NCBI GenBank assembly: GCA_033764955.1
Contig: JANRIL010000030.1
Span: forward strand, 1 to 64,000
From: Cyanobacteriota bacterium
GTDB taxonomy: Bacteria > Cyanobacteriota > Cyanobacteriia > Thermostichales > Thermostichaceae
Length of the DNA: 64,000 nt
Direction: 5' to 3'
Part shown: positions 33,314 through 43,797 of the stretch, piece after piece
Layout of the letters: every line of letters starts with the position of its first letter
How positions within the stretch are numbered: the stretch's first letter is position 1
Made by a program: the position numbers and the translations under genes
The notes under the pieces: model-generated
Database searches by the model: none
What the model saw: the letters and a program-made list of their open reading frames with translations, nothing else
What the model was told of the DNA's origin: nothing

Positions 33314-34273
33314 CTAAGGCACATGCAGATGCAGCCAGGGAACTGGATCCACCGAAACATTGTGAACAAACAGACCCCAATGCAGATGGGGTCCTGTTGC
33401 TACCCCCGTTGCCCCGATCCCGCCGATCACCTGTCCAGCTTTTACCCAATCCCCTTCCTGTACATCAATGCGGCTGAGGTGCAAAAAAACGCTGGTTACT
33501 CCCTGTCCATGATCGATGCCAATGATATTGCCATGTAACCGAAATCCCGCCGACTCCAATCCGACCAACCCAACCCGACCATCCGCAGGCGCAACCACTG
33601 GGGATCCCACCCCTCCGGCATAATCAATCCCGCGATGATAATAATTTTCAGCAAAAACGCCGTTGTAGTAGCGCCTCACCCCATAAATCGTGGTCACGGA
33701 TCCCCGCCCAGGGGGCACAAAGGCGGCTTGCCAAAACTTTTCGGAGGTAGCCTGCTGACGAAACTGGTTGACCCGCGTCATCTCCATCTCCGTTGGCTCT
33801 AAACCCGCCACGCTGGGAGCAAGCTGAATGCGCTGCACAGGAAAGTCTCGCTTTTGCAGGGATACCTCCGATAGCTGTGGGGATCCCCATCCCTGTACTT
33901 CTAGTTGACGAACTCCTGGGTTATCGAGAGGTGACGTAGGAACCAGCGCCCGCCAGTGATGATTGCCGATCAAAAAAGCTGGATAACTAGCCGGATACCC
34001 CAAGGTTGGACTGGGCTGCTGCCATCTCACCTGCGGTGGAAAGGTGGGCGGATCTGCCGTGATGATTTCCACAGAGAGGGTATAGCCCAAAGCCGGTTGA
34101 GGGGGTGAAATTCGCACCTGCATGGAGCCGACCGCCCCAAGATATGTGGATCCGCCTGCCCAGATCAGCAGCCCCGTTAGCAGAAGGATGAGCACCCGTA
34201 AACCACCCCACCCCAGAACAGCGACACCCAAACTAGCCAGATGGTTTCTCCACCTCTGCAATATCTTCTCCAT
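33314..34273 (-). CDS. M23 family peptidase
   Basis: HRGIDY, HLS, ATGPHLHW; start uncertain. Confidence 0.92.
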   Translation of the reverse strand: MEKILQRWRNHLASLGVAVLGWGGLRVLILLLTGLLIWAGGSTYLGAVGSMQVRISPPQPALGYTLSVEIITADPPTFPPQVRWQQPSPTLGYPASYPAFLIGNHHWRALVPTSPLDNPGVRQLEVQGWGSPQLSEVSLQKRDFPVQRIQLAPSVAGLEPTEMEMTRVNQFRQQATSEKFWQAAFVPPGRGSVTTIYGVRRYYNGVFAENYYHRGIDYAGGVGSPVVAPADGRVGLVGLESAGFRLHGNIIGIDHGQGVTSVFLHLSRIDVQEGDWVKAGQVIGGIGATGVATGPHLHWGLFVHNVSVDPVPWLHLHVP

Positions 34274-35059
34274 TGTCCTGTGCATTCGCCCGTAACTAGG
34301 TATGGATTTGCTTCCTTGCTTGTGATTATTAAGCAAAATTAAGCGCATCTGTGACTTTGTAACAACTTAGCCAAACTAAGATACGTTTGTTTGCGATTTC
34401 TCGTAAAGATTTATTTCGTTTTTGGGTAAATCTTCTTGATCAGAAGGTGGTGACCTCTCCCAAAAAACCAAGTAATTTTTCCCTTGCCGTTTGCCCAAAT
34501 GGCCGCTAGACAGCAGTTATAACTCTTGCTTAGCTATAGCCACAGGATCGACATCAGCGGGTGGACTGGTGGTGAGCTGCTTTAGCGTTCTTTTGAGACC
34601 GTAGTTTCACGGAAGAGCGGCTCACTAACCAAGCGATATTCTCAGGACTACCCAAAAACCCGTATGTTTAACCCCACGACATCAAAAGTGTGGATGAGCA
34701 CAGAGGAGCTGAAGTTCATGAATGTGACCGATGAATTAGAGTTTAAGGCGCAAATTTTAGCTCGTTGTTTAGGTTCAGCCCTAGGACTGGGATCCCCTTT
34801 GCGGGTGGGCATCCATTTTGCTCAGACTGCTCCCGCCCCCACTCCTACCATCCGCACCAAGGTTCGTTCTCCATTGCTCTTTACGGTTCCTCCTGTGCTG
34901 GCGGGCTAACAGTAGGCAGGGGTGCTGGAGAAAGAGACATCTTTTGCTGTTTCGCGCAGCGGGGGTTCGTCATCTGTCAGAATGGCGCTGATATAATTCA
35001 CGGCATTAGCCCTCCTGCTCCATCAGGATTTGCTTCTGCTGTTGTTGAGGTTTCCCTTG

Positions 35060-36991
35060 ATGTCTAACCCCATGCGCCTTGGTTTTTACGTAGGGTCAGC
35101 CTTGGCTCCTGCTCTCCTAATCTGGGGAGGGTGGGGAATCAACAGCAGTTTTGCCCAAACCCCTCAGCCATCCCCTCCGGCTGCCACTCCATCAGAAGCC
35201 GAACCGGGCACCCTTGACCTGCGGACGGGGGGAGAGGCTCCTGCCGAACCAGGAACAGCCCCCGCCACCGGACAGTCGGAACCGGAAGTATTGGTGGCCG
35301 AGGTGGTGGTGAATGGCACCGAGGAGCAAACCCTGATCGACCAGGTTTATCAGGCCATTCAAACCAAAGCAGGCAATGTGACCACCCGCTCCAAACTGCA
35401 AGCGGATATTGATGCAGTGTTTGCTACGGGGCTGTTTGCTGATGTAAAAGCCGTCCCCTCTGATACCGCCTTGGGGGTAAGAGTTACCTTTGAGGTCAAG
35501 CCGAATCCTGTCATTCAAGCAGTCACCACGGAAGGGGCAACTGTTTTAGAAGCGACCATCCTGCAAGAAATTTTTGCGGCTCAGCAGGGTCAGGTTCTCA
35601 ACTTTGGGGAACTGCAACTGGGAGTGCAGGAATTGGAACAATGGTATGCCGATCAAGGCTATGTTTTGGCCAAGGTTGTGGATGTGCAATCCTCTGAAGA
35701 TGGCACGGTTACCCTCAAGATTGCCGAAGGGGAAATCGAAGATATTCGGGTCAGCGGCAACAATCGCACCCGTGATTTTATCGTGACGCGGGAACTGACC
35801 TCGCAAGCAGGGGATGTTTTTAACCGCGATCAGGTGCAGGAGGATATCCAAACCGTCTTTGGCCTTAACCTTTTTCAGGATGTCAACATCGCCCTCGAAC
35901 CGGGTCAGGATCCCAGCAAAGTGGTGGTGGTGTTGAATGTGGAGGAGAAGCGCACCGGAACTCTGGGGGCGACGGCTGGGGTCAGTTCGGCCACGGGAGC
36001 CTTTGGGGGGGTCAACCTCTCGGAACAGAACTTAGGGGGCAACAACCAAAGCGCCAGTCTAAACGTGCAGGTGGGAACCAACGAAACCCTATTCGACCTC
36101 AACTTCACGGATCCCCGCATCGCCACGATGGATATCCCCACCTCCTATAACGTCAACATTGCTAACCGACAGTCTTCTAGCTTTGTCTTTAACGAGGGAT
36201 TTTCCTTGCCCAATGGGGATCCCGTCCGCATCAACCGCTTAGGGGGAGGGGTCACTTTTTCCCGTCCGGTGGGGGATAATTGGCGAGCCAGTTTGGGGAC
36301 TGAGATGCAGTTTGTGGATGCGCGGGATAGCGATGCCAACCAACAACGCTTTGATGCCCTGGGTAACCCGATTACTTTTAGTGAAAGCGGTCAGGATAGT
36401 TACACGAGCTTACGTTTGGGAGCCATCCGCGACAGCCGCGACAATGCCAACACCCCCAGTCAGGGATCCCTCTTTCGCGTTTCCTCCGACCAATCGGTCA
36501 AGGTGTTTGAGAATGGTCTGAATAGTAATCGTCTGATGGCCAGTTACAGCCAGTTTATTCCGATTAACTTGATCCAAACCCGCGAAGATACCCCCGAAGT
36601 CTTGGCCTTCGATTTGAAAGCCGGCACTCACTTGGGGGATCTGGCTCCCTACGATGCCTTTAGTCTAGGGGGAGGCAACAGTGTGCGGGGTTTCTTTGAG
36701 GGGGGCATCGGTTCCGGTCGCAGCTATGCCCAAGCCACCGCAGAACTGCGCTTCCCGATTTTTAATCCGATTGGCGGGGTGTTGTTTGCCGACTATGGCA
36801 CCGATTTGGGTAGCGCTGCTGCCGTGATCGGCAATCCGGCTGGGGTGAGAGGAAAACCAGGGGATGGCTTAGGACTGGGAGCTGGAGTGCGGATCCAATC
36901 GCCGCTAGGGCCGCTGCGTATTGACTACGGAGTAGGACAGGGATCCTCTGGGCAGGGACAACTGCACTTTGGAATTGGGGAAAAGTTCTAG
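35060..36991 (+). CDS. Omp85/BamA family outer-membrane assembly protein
   Basis: Three POTRA-like domains, GG..SVRGF, SPLGPLRIDY, C-terminal FGIGEKF. Confidence 0.95.
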   Translation: MSNPMRLGFYVGSALAPALLIWGGWGINSSFAQTPQPSPPAATPSEAEPGTLDLRTGGEAPAEPGTAPATGQSEPEVLVAEVVVNGTEEQTLIDQVYQAIQTKAGNVTTRSKLQADIDAVFATGLFADVKAVPSDTALGVRVTFEVKPNPVIQAVTTEGATVLEATILQEIFAAQQGQVLNFGELQLGVQELEQWYADQGYVLAKVVDVQSSEDGTVTLKIAEGEIEDIRVSGNNRTRDFIVTRELTSQAGDVFNRDQVQEDIQTVFGLNLFQDVNIALEPGQDPSKVVVVLNVEEKRTGTLGATAGVSSATGAFGGVNLSEQNLGGNNQSASLNVQVGTNETLFDLNFTDPRIATMDIPTSYNVNIANRQSSSFVFNEGFSLPNGDPVRINRLGGGVTFSRPVGDNWRASLGTEMQFVDARDSDANQQRFDALGNPITFSESGQDSYTSLRLGAIRDSRDNANTPSQGSLFRVSSDQSVKVFENGLNSNRLMASYSQFIPINLIQTREDTPEVLAFDLKAGTHLGDLAPYDAFSLGGGNSVRGFFEGGIGSGRSYAQATAELRFPIFNPIGGVLFADYGTDLGSAAAVIGNPAGVRGKPGDGLGLGAGVRIQSPLGPLRIDYGVGQGSSGQGQLHFGIGEKF

Positions 36992-37143
36992 TTTGGAGCC
37001 AGCTTGCTTGATCGTCCCACTCACAAAGTCTGGATAGTCTCCTTCAAAAACGGTGTCCTCCATCAATCCATACAACGTCTTAACGGACATCCCAAATTTT
37101 GGGGAGCTAGGCTAAAAGTTGGTAAGGTGAGGATGGTTAACCT

Positions 37144-37647
37144 ATGGATTTAGAAATTGTTCCTTGCTTGATTGAGCAGATTGAAAAGCTTATTGAGGGT
37201 GGAAAGGCTTTCCATGCCGCCTACGGTTTTGGGGTTGCTGATGGATATTTGCCTTTTGAAGGGGCGCTTCAGTACAGTCTTACCATGATGCAATCGTCCC
37301 AAGTTTGGCATCCCTGGTTACCCTATTGGATTGGTTTCCATCCTGAGCGGATGCTAGTTGGGATTTGTGGATTTAAGTCAGTTCCCGATGCACAGCGCAC
37401 GGTTGAGATTGGCTATTCGATTGCGCCAAGCTATCAGGGCAAAGGTTTCGCTACGGCGGCGGCGCGTCAGCTTATTGCGATAGCCTTCTCCTCAACAGAT
37501 GCTTTGGTAGACTGCGTTTGTGCTCATACTCTGGCGGAGCGCAATGCCTCGACGAGAGTCTTAGAAAAGTGTGGAATGAGGCAGGTGGCAGAGATTATCG
37601 ATCCTGAAGATGGCAAAGTATGGAGGTGGGAGGTTGCCAAAGCCTAA
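37144..37647 (+). CDS. GNAT N-acetyltransferase (RimJ-like)
   Basis: VEIGY.IAPSYQGKGFA, N.AS.RVLEKCG. Confidence 0.9.
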   Translation: MDLEIVPCLIEQIEKLIEGGKAFHAAYGFGVADGYLPFEGALQYSLTMMQSSQVWHPWLPYWIGFHPERMLVGICGFKSVPDAQRTVEIGYSIAPSYQGKGFATAAARQLIAIAFSSTDALVDCVCAHTLAERNASTRVLEKCGMRQVAEIIDPEDGKVWRWEVAKA

Positions 37648-37740
37648 CCATTCCATGTCCCATCAACCCCACACTATCGGTCAACGGATTGGGAGAATTC
37701 ATAGGTGGCAAGTGAACGGAACCGATAGGTTGGGATCCCG

Positions 37741-39090
37741 ATGATGCGGGTTGCTGCTCTGCCGGATCTGCCGGATCTTACCCAATCGGCGACCCTTCAG
37801 GCGCTGGGAGAACTTTTTTGGATAGGGTTGCTGATCGGGGTGGGGGGAGTGGTTGTGTTGGGGGGAGTGGTCATCCTCCTCCATTGGGCACAAGGGCGAC
37901 CCAGCTCTTCTCCCCTGGTCAGCGGCTATGAGCGGTGGCTGTTGGCGCTGCCCCACCTGCTCGTGATGGGGGTGCTCCTTACGGCAACCTTTTATGGGGG
38001 ATCCACCCTGGCGCGCCGCTATCACGATTGGGAACAGGCTCAATTACATAGCCTCGCTAACCGTGTGGCGGGAGAACGCATGGAGCAAATGGCTCCCCAA
38101 CTCCTCTACACCGTACTGGTTCCCTATCGTTACCTCACCTATGTGGATGGCCAACCTGTGCAGGTGGAGGAAGAACAACCCGAAAATCGCTATCGGGATC
38201 CCATTCGCTCTGAGATTCTGGTGGAACTCAAGCAGTCACCAGCACTGGGAAACTGGGTCTATCAAGGTCGGGTACAAGCAACCTATCAGTTTCGTAACGA
38301 TCTCCCCCAGTCCCAGCGTTTTCAGGTGCTAACCCCTCTCCCGACGGGCTATCGACTTTTGCAGGATTGGCAAGTCAAGCTGGAGGGAGAATCGGTGGAT
38401 GCCGATCCAGAACGGGAGTTGGCACCTGATCAAACCCTTAGTCTAGAGATCTCCTATGGGATCCAAGGGGGATCCCGCTGGATTTATGACGCCACCAACC
38501 GCCTCCTGGCTCAGTTTCGCTTGACGATTGTGGCGCAGGGAGATCCGGTGGAATTTGCCAGTGGCATTGCCCCCACCCTAACCACTCGCCAAGGGGATGT
38601 CACAACCTACACCTGGGACTTTGCCCAAAATGTTGCCGTTCGGGATCCCTTTGGAGTGTTTACCCTTAGTGATCCTTTACCCAATACAGGGATCCTGCCC
38701 CGCCTGCTAATCCTGTCTGTGGGCATCTTGGCTTGGTGGTGGTTCTTGCTGTATTTGTCCATTCCCCCCCGCCTGCAGGATCTGGGGGTGTCCGTCAGCC
38801 TATTTTGGGCAACGGGGCTGGGGTTGACCTATCTGAGTCGGGTGATGCCGGTGGCGGGGGGCTTTTTGCTGATGGGAGGGGTATTGCTCGCTCTATTGGC
38901 GGGGCTGGGGGAGAATCGGCAACAGTCCCTTTCTTGGATCCTAGCGACGCTGGCGGGGGTGGTCTTGCCTGTGGGATCCCTGCTGATTCCCTATACGGGC
39001 TTGGGGCTAAGTGTGGCGGGAATCGCGGGAGCGGGGTGGCTAGTGGTGCGCTCCAAGACCCTCCCCCGAACAGGGATCCCCCTACTCTAG
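37741..39090 (+). CDS. Uncharacterised integral membrane protein
   Basis: Two N-terminal TMs, large soluble domain, about 5 C-terminal TMs (CreD-like architecture, family not confirmed). Confidence 0.65.
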   Translation: MMRVAALPDLPDLTQSATLQALGELFWIGLLIGVGGVVVLGGVVILLHWAQGRPSSSPLVSGYERWLLALPHLLVMGVLLTATFYGGSTLARRYHDWEQAQLHSLANRVAGERMEQMAPQLLYTVLVPYRYLTYVDGQPVQVEEEQPENRYRDPIRSEILVELKQSPALGNWVYQGRVQATYQFRNDLPQSQRFQVLTPLPTGYRLLQDWQVKLEGESVDADPERELAPDQTLSLEISYGIQGGSRWIYDATNRLLAQFRLTIVAQGDPVEFASGIAPTLTTRQGDVTTYTWDFAQNVAVRDPFGVFTLSDPLPNTGILPRLLILSVGILAWWWFLLYLSIPPRLQDLGVSVSLFWATGLGLTYLSRVMPVAGGFLLMGGVLLALLAGLGENRQQSLSWILATLAGVVLPVGSLLIPYTGLGLSVAGIAGAGWLVVRSKTLPRTGIPLL

Positions 39091-39690
39091 GAAGCGTAAT
39101 CCCAGGGCTTGGGGGTCGAGTCCGCGATCAAAGCGGGTTTTGGCATCATAAAAACCGTTGATCAGCTTGGTGCCGATCAGCTTGGTACCCTCAAAGTTGG
39201 CTCCCTCTAGATGGGCTTTGCTCAAATCCGCTCCCCGCAGATCCGCTCCGTTGAGGGCGGCTCCCCGCAGATCCGCTCCCATTAAATCGACTCCCACCAA
39301 ATCCGATCCCACCAAGATGGCTTCCCGCAGATTGGCAGCGGGTAATTTGGCTAGGCGTAGCTTAGCTCCCCCCAGTTTGGCTCCACTCAAATCGGCTTCA
39401 CTCAGTTGTCCCCCGCTCAGGTCTGAACCGCTTAAATCCACCAGTTTGAGGATCCCTTTCCGGAGGTTAACCCCACTCAGGTTGGCTCCAATCAGGTCAG
39501 CGCGATCCAGTTGACATCCCGCTAAGTTAGCGCCAATTAAGTCCGCCCCGATCAGATCCGCCCGTACCAGGCTGCATCCTGCTAAATTAGCCCCGATCAA
39601 CTCAACCAGGCGCAGATTCGCTCCGTTAAAGTCCCGCTCACCCGCCGCATACCGGCTCAACAGTTCAAAGGCCGTATTCACACTGGACAT
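39082..39690 (-). CDS. Pentapeptide repeat protein
   Basis: ELLSRYAAGERDF followed by A(D/N)LxG repeats. Confidence 0.92.
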   Translation of the reverse strand: MSSVNTAFELLSRYAAGERDFNGANLRLVELIGANLAGCSLVRADLIGADLIGANLAGCQLDRADLIGANLSGVNLRKGILKLVDLSGSDLSGGQLSEADLSGAKLGGAKLRLAKLPAANLREAILVGSDLVGVDLMGADLRGAALNGADLRGADLSKAHLEGANFEGTKLIGTKLINGFYDAKTRFDRGLDPQALGLRFLE

Positions 39691-39785
39691 AAAGATACCG
39701 ATCCATCGGCTCGAAGATGTCATCATGCTACACCCTCCCCACCCTTCCTCTGAGTGGGTAGGAATGTCTCTGCCTGCGCCAAAAC

Positions 39786-40451
39786 CTAGGGGATGGCGGG
39801 ATCCCCCACGCCTGCCCGCTCTCCCCACACCGCCTGCAACCGCGGATCCCGCCGACAGCCAAATCGGTAGTATTTATACTGGAGTGGATTTTTCAGGTGA
39901 TAGTCCTGGTGATAGTCCTCAGCAGGGTAAAAGGTGGAAGCGGACTCGATCTCAGTAGCAATCGGTTGCTCAAATTGTTCGGCAATCGCCTCTTTGGAGA
40001 TTTCCGCTAACTCCAACTGCTGAGGAGTCTCGGCGAAAATGGCGGAGCGATAGGAACTGCCCCGGTCACAAAATTGTCCCCCGGCATCCAACGGATCGAT
40101 GTTATGCCAAAAGATGTTAAGCAGTTGCTCATAGGTGACCTGATCAGGGTCATACACCACTTGCACGGCTTCTGCATGACCGGTGGTTTCCGAAGAAACC
40201 TGTCGATAGGTGGGGTTGGGGGTATGCCCGCCCGTGTAGCCAGAAGTCGTCGAGATCACACCAGGGATCCCGTCAAAAGCTTCCTCTACACACCAAAAGC
40301 ATCCTCCGGCAAAGGTGGCCACAGCAGTCTCGTTTCCCCAGGCGGCCGGGGTCAGACCAAACACAAACAAAAGGGGAACGCCCACTCCCAAGGAAAGGCA
40401 GGTCAGTAGACGGGGCAGGGTGCGGAGGAAGTTGTGTCTAGGGGTATGCAT
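39786..40451 (-). CDS. msrA: Peptide-methionine (S)-S-oxide reductase with signal peptide
   Basis: FAGGCFWC, GYTGG, GHAE, AEDYHQDY; hydrophobic N-terminus ending AWG. Confidence 0.95.
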   Translation of the reverse strand: MHTPRHNFLRTLPRLLTCLSLGVGVPLLFVFGLTPAAWGNETAVATFAGGCFWCVEEAFDGIPGVISTTSGYTGGHTPNPTYRQVSSETTGHAEAVQVVYDPDQVTYEQLLNIFWHNIDPLDAGGQFCDRGSSYRSAIFAETPQQLELAEISKEAIAEQFEQPIATEIESASTFYPAEDYHQDYHLKNPLQYKYYRFGCRRDPRLQAVWGERAGVGDPAIP

Positions 40452-40500
40452 GAGGGGATATCTCTGGTGGGTCGCTAGTGAATTTCTATTTGTGGTGAAT

Positions 40501-40989
40501 TTAAGTGGGGACAAAGCGAAGGGCTGCCGAATTGAGGCAATAGCGCAACCCAGTTGGTTGAGGGCCATCGCGAAACACATGCCCCAAATGGCCACCACAA
40601 CGATGACAATGCACCTCAGTTCTCGGCACCAATAACTTCCAATCGGTTTTGGTGCCAATGGCTTTTGCTGTGATGGGCTGCCAAAAGCTCGGCCAACCTG
40701 TACCGCTGTCATATTTCGCTTCACTGGAAAAAAGCGGCAGGTCACAGCCAGCGCAATGGTAGATCCCTACTGCTTTAAGGTCGTGGTAGGCATTCTGAAA
40801 AGGGGGTTCGGTGCTTTCCTGCCGCAAAACCGCAAATTGTTCAAGGGTGAGCCGCTGCCGCCATTCGGCTTCTGAGAGGGTGACTTCAAAAGTAGCGGAG
40901 GAGGCAAACACAGGCGAATCGGAGAGTAAGCCCGTGCCCACTAAGGCGGCTAATTGGAGGGTTTGTCGCCGATTGATCATCTTACTCAT
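40501..40989 (-). CDS. msrB: Peptide-methionine (R)-S-oxide reductase with Tat-like signal
   Basis: GTGWPSF, HLGHVF, RYCLNS; N-terminus NRRQTL...VFA. Confidence 0.95.
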   Translation of the reverse strand: MSKMINRRQTLQLAALVGTGLLSDSPVFASSATFEVTLSEAEWRQRLTLEQFAVLRQESTEPPFQNAYHDLKAVGIYHCAGCDLPLFSSEAKYDSGTGWPSFWQPITAKAIGTKTDWKLLVPRTEVHCHRCGGHLGHVFRDGPQPTGLRYCLNSAALRFVPT

Positions 40990-41222
40990 GGGGGGAGTTC
41001 CAAGGGGATAGGGGGTGAGACTGTCATCACTAGTCATCAGTTATGGATAGACGGGATGGCTTTCAGGCAGTCTTTCATTGACAATGACTCATCTCTTTAT
41101 TATTAAATGTCAGCAAGCTGGGACAGTCCTGAGATCGTTCTAGAATCTGGCTGAGAAATCCCTAGAATGGGATCCTTTTTCCAGCTTTTGGGCGATAGTG
41201 AAGGGCTTTGGGGTGGGATCAT

Positions 41223-42473
41223 TCAGGAGTCATGGCCTTCGGAGAGGGAGAGTGGCTCTGCTTCCCCAGGAATAGGGGGGAGTGCCACCGCGTAGCCTGG
41301 GGGATGACCTTGATAAATATCCTGGGCAATTTGGCTAACCCCTACCGCCGCTACCAGCGCCATCACCGACAAGGGAGTGAGCGGGGATCCCCAAACAGCT
41401 AACGCTAATAACAATCCTGCCGCCAGTAAACGGTAACGAGAACGAGCTTTACAAGGAAAAATGATCCCAATCCGGTGCAAAATGGCGAGGGAAATGAGCA
41501 CCAACACCACCGAACCACACAAAAGCCAACGTTGCGGCTCGGGCAAAGGGAGCGCGGGATCCGACAGCACCGCCTGCTCCACCCCTACCCCCGTAGCCGC
41601 TAAGCCAATCACCAAGGGCAGATGTCCATATAGCCAGATTTGATAGACCCACAGTTGTCCGTGGCGAGCGGCCATCCGCAGGGCGGATCCCCCAACATTT
41701 TCAAAGTAAATCCACCACAAACTAAAGGCGATTAAAAAGCCCGCGACGGCTGCCAAAACAGAGCTAACCTGCCAATCTTTTTGGGCAATTCCATCTACCA
41801 CAGCAATGATGGCTTCTCCCAAAACGATGATCGTAAATAAGCCAAATCGCTCCGGCAAATGTTCGGTTTGAGGGAGGAGTCCTTTTTGATATTCGGTGGC
41901 TGTTAAGGGGATCCCAAAATCAATGACTAGCCCCAAAAGCCAGAGGATAAATCGATAGGGAATAGGAACAAAAACCGACAACAACCACAAGCTAGCCGCC
42001 ACCGCGAACCCTATCCCATAGTAGGTGGCAAGCGAACGGGCTTGAGGGATGTGGCGAGCTGCCCGTGAATACTGAAATACCAATAGAAAGCGCACAGTGG
42101 CATAGGCCAGAGCAAACCCTGTGGAGGAGGTATCTAAACCGTGGTGAATATTCACCGCCATGCCCGCAATAGCTAGCATTTGCAACCCCGTTAACAGGCG
42201 ATGCCCAATATCATCCACATCAAAGCGATTGGCATAAAAAGTAGCTCCAATCCAAGCCCACCAGACCGGAAAAAAAAGAATCACAAATTCACAAAATCCA
42301 GTGAACGAAACCTGGTCATAAAGTTTGTGAGCAAGTTGTGAAACCGCCACCACAAAGATTAGATCAAAAAATAATTCTAGCCAGGTGGCTCGCCGCGATT
42401 CTTCATCAATGCGTAGTTGGGGGGGCTGAAACCAGTTTGTGAGCATAACCCTCTGGAAATTAGTCGAGATCAA
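41223..42473 (-). CDS. ltrA: Low temperature requirement protein A family membrane protein
   Basis: ATWLELFFDLIFV, HLPERFGLFTIIVLGE, WWIYF. Confidence 0.92.
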   Translation of the reverse strand: MISTNFQRVMLTNWFQPPQLRIDEESRRATWLELFFDLIFVVAVSQLAHKLYDQVSFTGFCEFVILFFPVWWAWIGATFYANRFDVDDIGHRLLTGLQMLAIAGMAVNIHHGLDTSSTGFALAYATVRFLLVFQYSRAARHIPQARSLATYYGIGFAVAASLWLLSVFVPIPYRFILWLLGLVIDFGIPLTATEYQKGLLPQTEHLPERFGLFTIIVLGEAIIAVVDGIAQKDWQVSSVLAAVAGFLIAFSLWWIYFENVGGSALRMAARHGQLWVYQIWLYGHLPLVIGLAATGVGVEQAVLSDPALPLPEPQRWLLCGSVVLVLISLAILHRIGIIFPCKARSRYRLLAAGLLLALAVWGSPLTPLSVMALVAAVGVSQIAQDIYQGHPPGYAVALPPIPGEAEPLSLSEGHDS

Positions 42474-42520
42474 ATGCTGTTGGCTGTTGCTAGAGTGCTT
42501 TTGATTGAGCTTTTCCTCGG

Positions 42521-42712
42521 TTACGGTGTCCCCATCAGTTGTCGGATCCCTTGCTCAAACCCATCCCAGCTTTGGGTGCTAGGGTCAAAGCTCTGGCTGA
42601 AGGGATCCGCCTTAAAACGATCAACCACCTCTTGACCAACGCTAGGATCCTGAGTTTGCAGCCAGAGGTCAACCCACGGTTGATCGGTTAGCGGGACGTT
42701 AACGGGTTCCAT
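42521..42712 (-). CDS. Small hypothetical protein (63 aa)
   Basis: GGAGG RBS 7 nt before ATG 42712; co-oriented upstream of ltrA. Confidence 0.45.
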   Translation of the reverse strand: MEPVNVPLTDQPWVDLWLQTQDPSVGQEVVDRFKADPFSQSFDPSTQSWDGFEQGIRQLMGTP

Positions 42713-42868
42713 AGTTAATCCTCCCATCACGGTTTACAGTTACGGCTAGTCGTCTATCAGAATACGCCGGGGTAGTCCAAACCATTGGGATGTCTCCCCC
42801 TGGAGTTTCTTGGATAAACCGCATCCACCAACCCATCTGCCCCATTCGGTATTGCATATCAAATGCAA

Positions 42869-42970
42869 CTACAGCAACCCTATTTGATCCGTGAACCGCC
42901 CTCACCCCTAGCCCCTCTCCCGCAAGGAGAGGGGGAAAATCTTCTCACATCTTACTTAGGGTTGCTGTAG
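42869..42970. repeat. Miniature inverted-repeat element, family A
   Basis: Perfect 14-bp TIR ctacagcaacccta/tagggttgctgtag enclosing hairpin cccctctcc-cgcaa-ggagagggg. Confidence 0.75.
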
Positions 42971-43006
42971 CCATTGCCCCTCACTCAAAATTTGGATCCC
43001 TCCGTA

Positions 43007-43507
43007 TCAGGTATTTAGCAGCTTTTGATAGTGATATTCTACTGATTGGCTGACATCATTGAGGTGGCGGGTATCCGCTAATCGTTGATATCCCTGTCGC
43101 TCATAAAAGCGATGAGCCGCCCTAAAGCGAGTATCCGTCCAGAGATGAATGGATTTTGCCTGAGCATGACGGGCATAGGTTTCTGCAGAATCTAAGAGTG
43201 TTTTGCCCAAGCCAATACCCCGTACCTGAGCATAGGTATAGAGTTTTTTAATTTCCCAACGATGAGGTTCTGAATTGGGAATAATCGCAATGGATCCCAC
43301 CACCTCTTCTTGAAATTCAGCCACCCAAAATTGACCCGACATCTTGGCAAAACTGCTGGCGGGTTGCAGTAGCTCAGGATATTCGCTGGTTTCCATCAAA
43401 CATCCAGGATATTCCGCAAAAACAGCGGTTAACAGGGCAAAAAGAGCGGCACTATCGGGATCCCGCACGGGACGAATCGTGATGTCTGAGGGAACTATCT
43501 GCTTCAT
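43007..43507 (-). CDS. GNAT N-acetyltransferase
   Basis: KKLY...VRGIGLG, A.RFYERQGY. Confidence 0.9.
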   Translation of the reverse strand: MKQIVPSDITIRPVRDPDSAALFALLTAVFAEYPGCLMETSEYPELLQPASSFAKMSGQFWVAEFQEEVVGSIAIIPNSEPHRWEIKKLYTYAQVRGIGLGKTLLDSAETYARHAQAKSIHLWTDTRFRAAHRFYERQGYQRLADTRHLNDVSQSVEYHYQKLLNT

Positions 43508-43797
43508 ATTAGGAGCTAGAGATGGATCAACGGCCAGCCTTACGTCTCACTCTACCTGACACAGGATATCGGTTCTGCGAACCTATAACTACGCACAAGC
43601 CGTTACACTCTAAGTGGACATCCTGTTACTCTAGACTCGCCAGGATGTGGATAGCTGGCTGACTCGGATGCGCTAGCCGAACCCTAGGCAGGTAGTTCCA
43701 CTAGCTACGCCTAGATACCGTCCTAACCCCCGATCCGAAGAATGGATCATCCACCCACTGACTCATCTGCTTACTTATCACGGTCAAAGGGAAGCCC

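Noticed and set aside
34585..34645. CGTTC...CGGAAG resembling a glutamine riboswitch
   Set aside because: The closing GAAG(G/C)AACG segment and pairing are absent.
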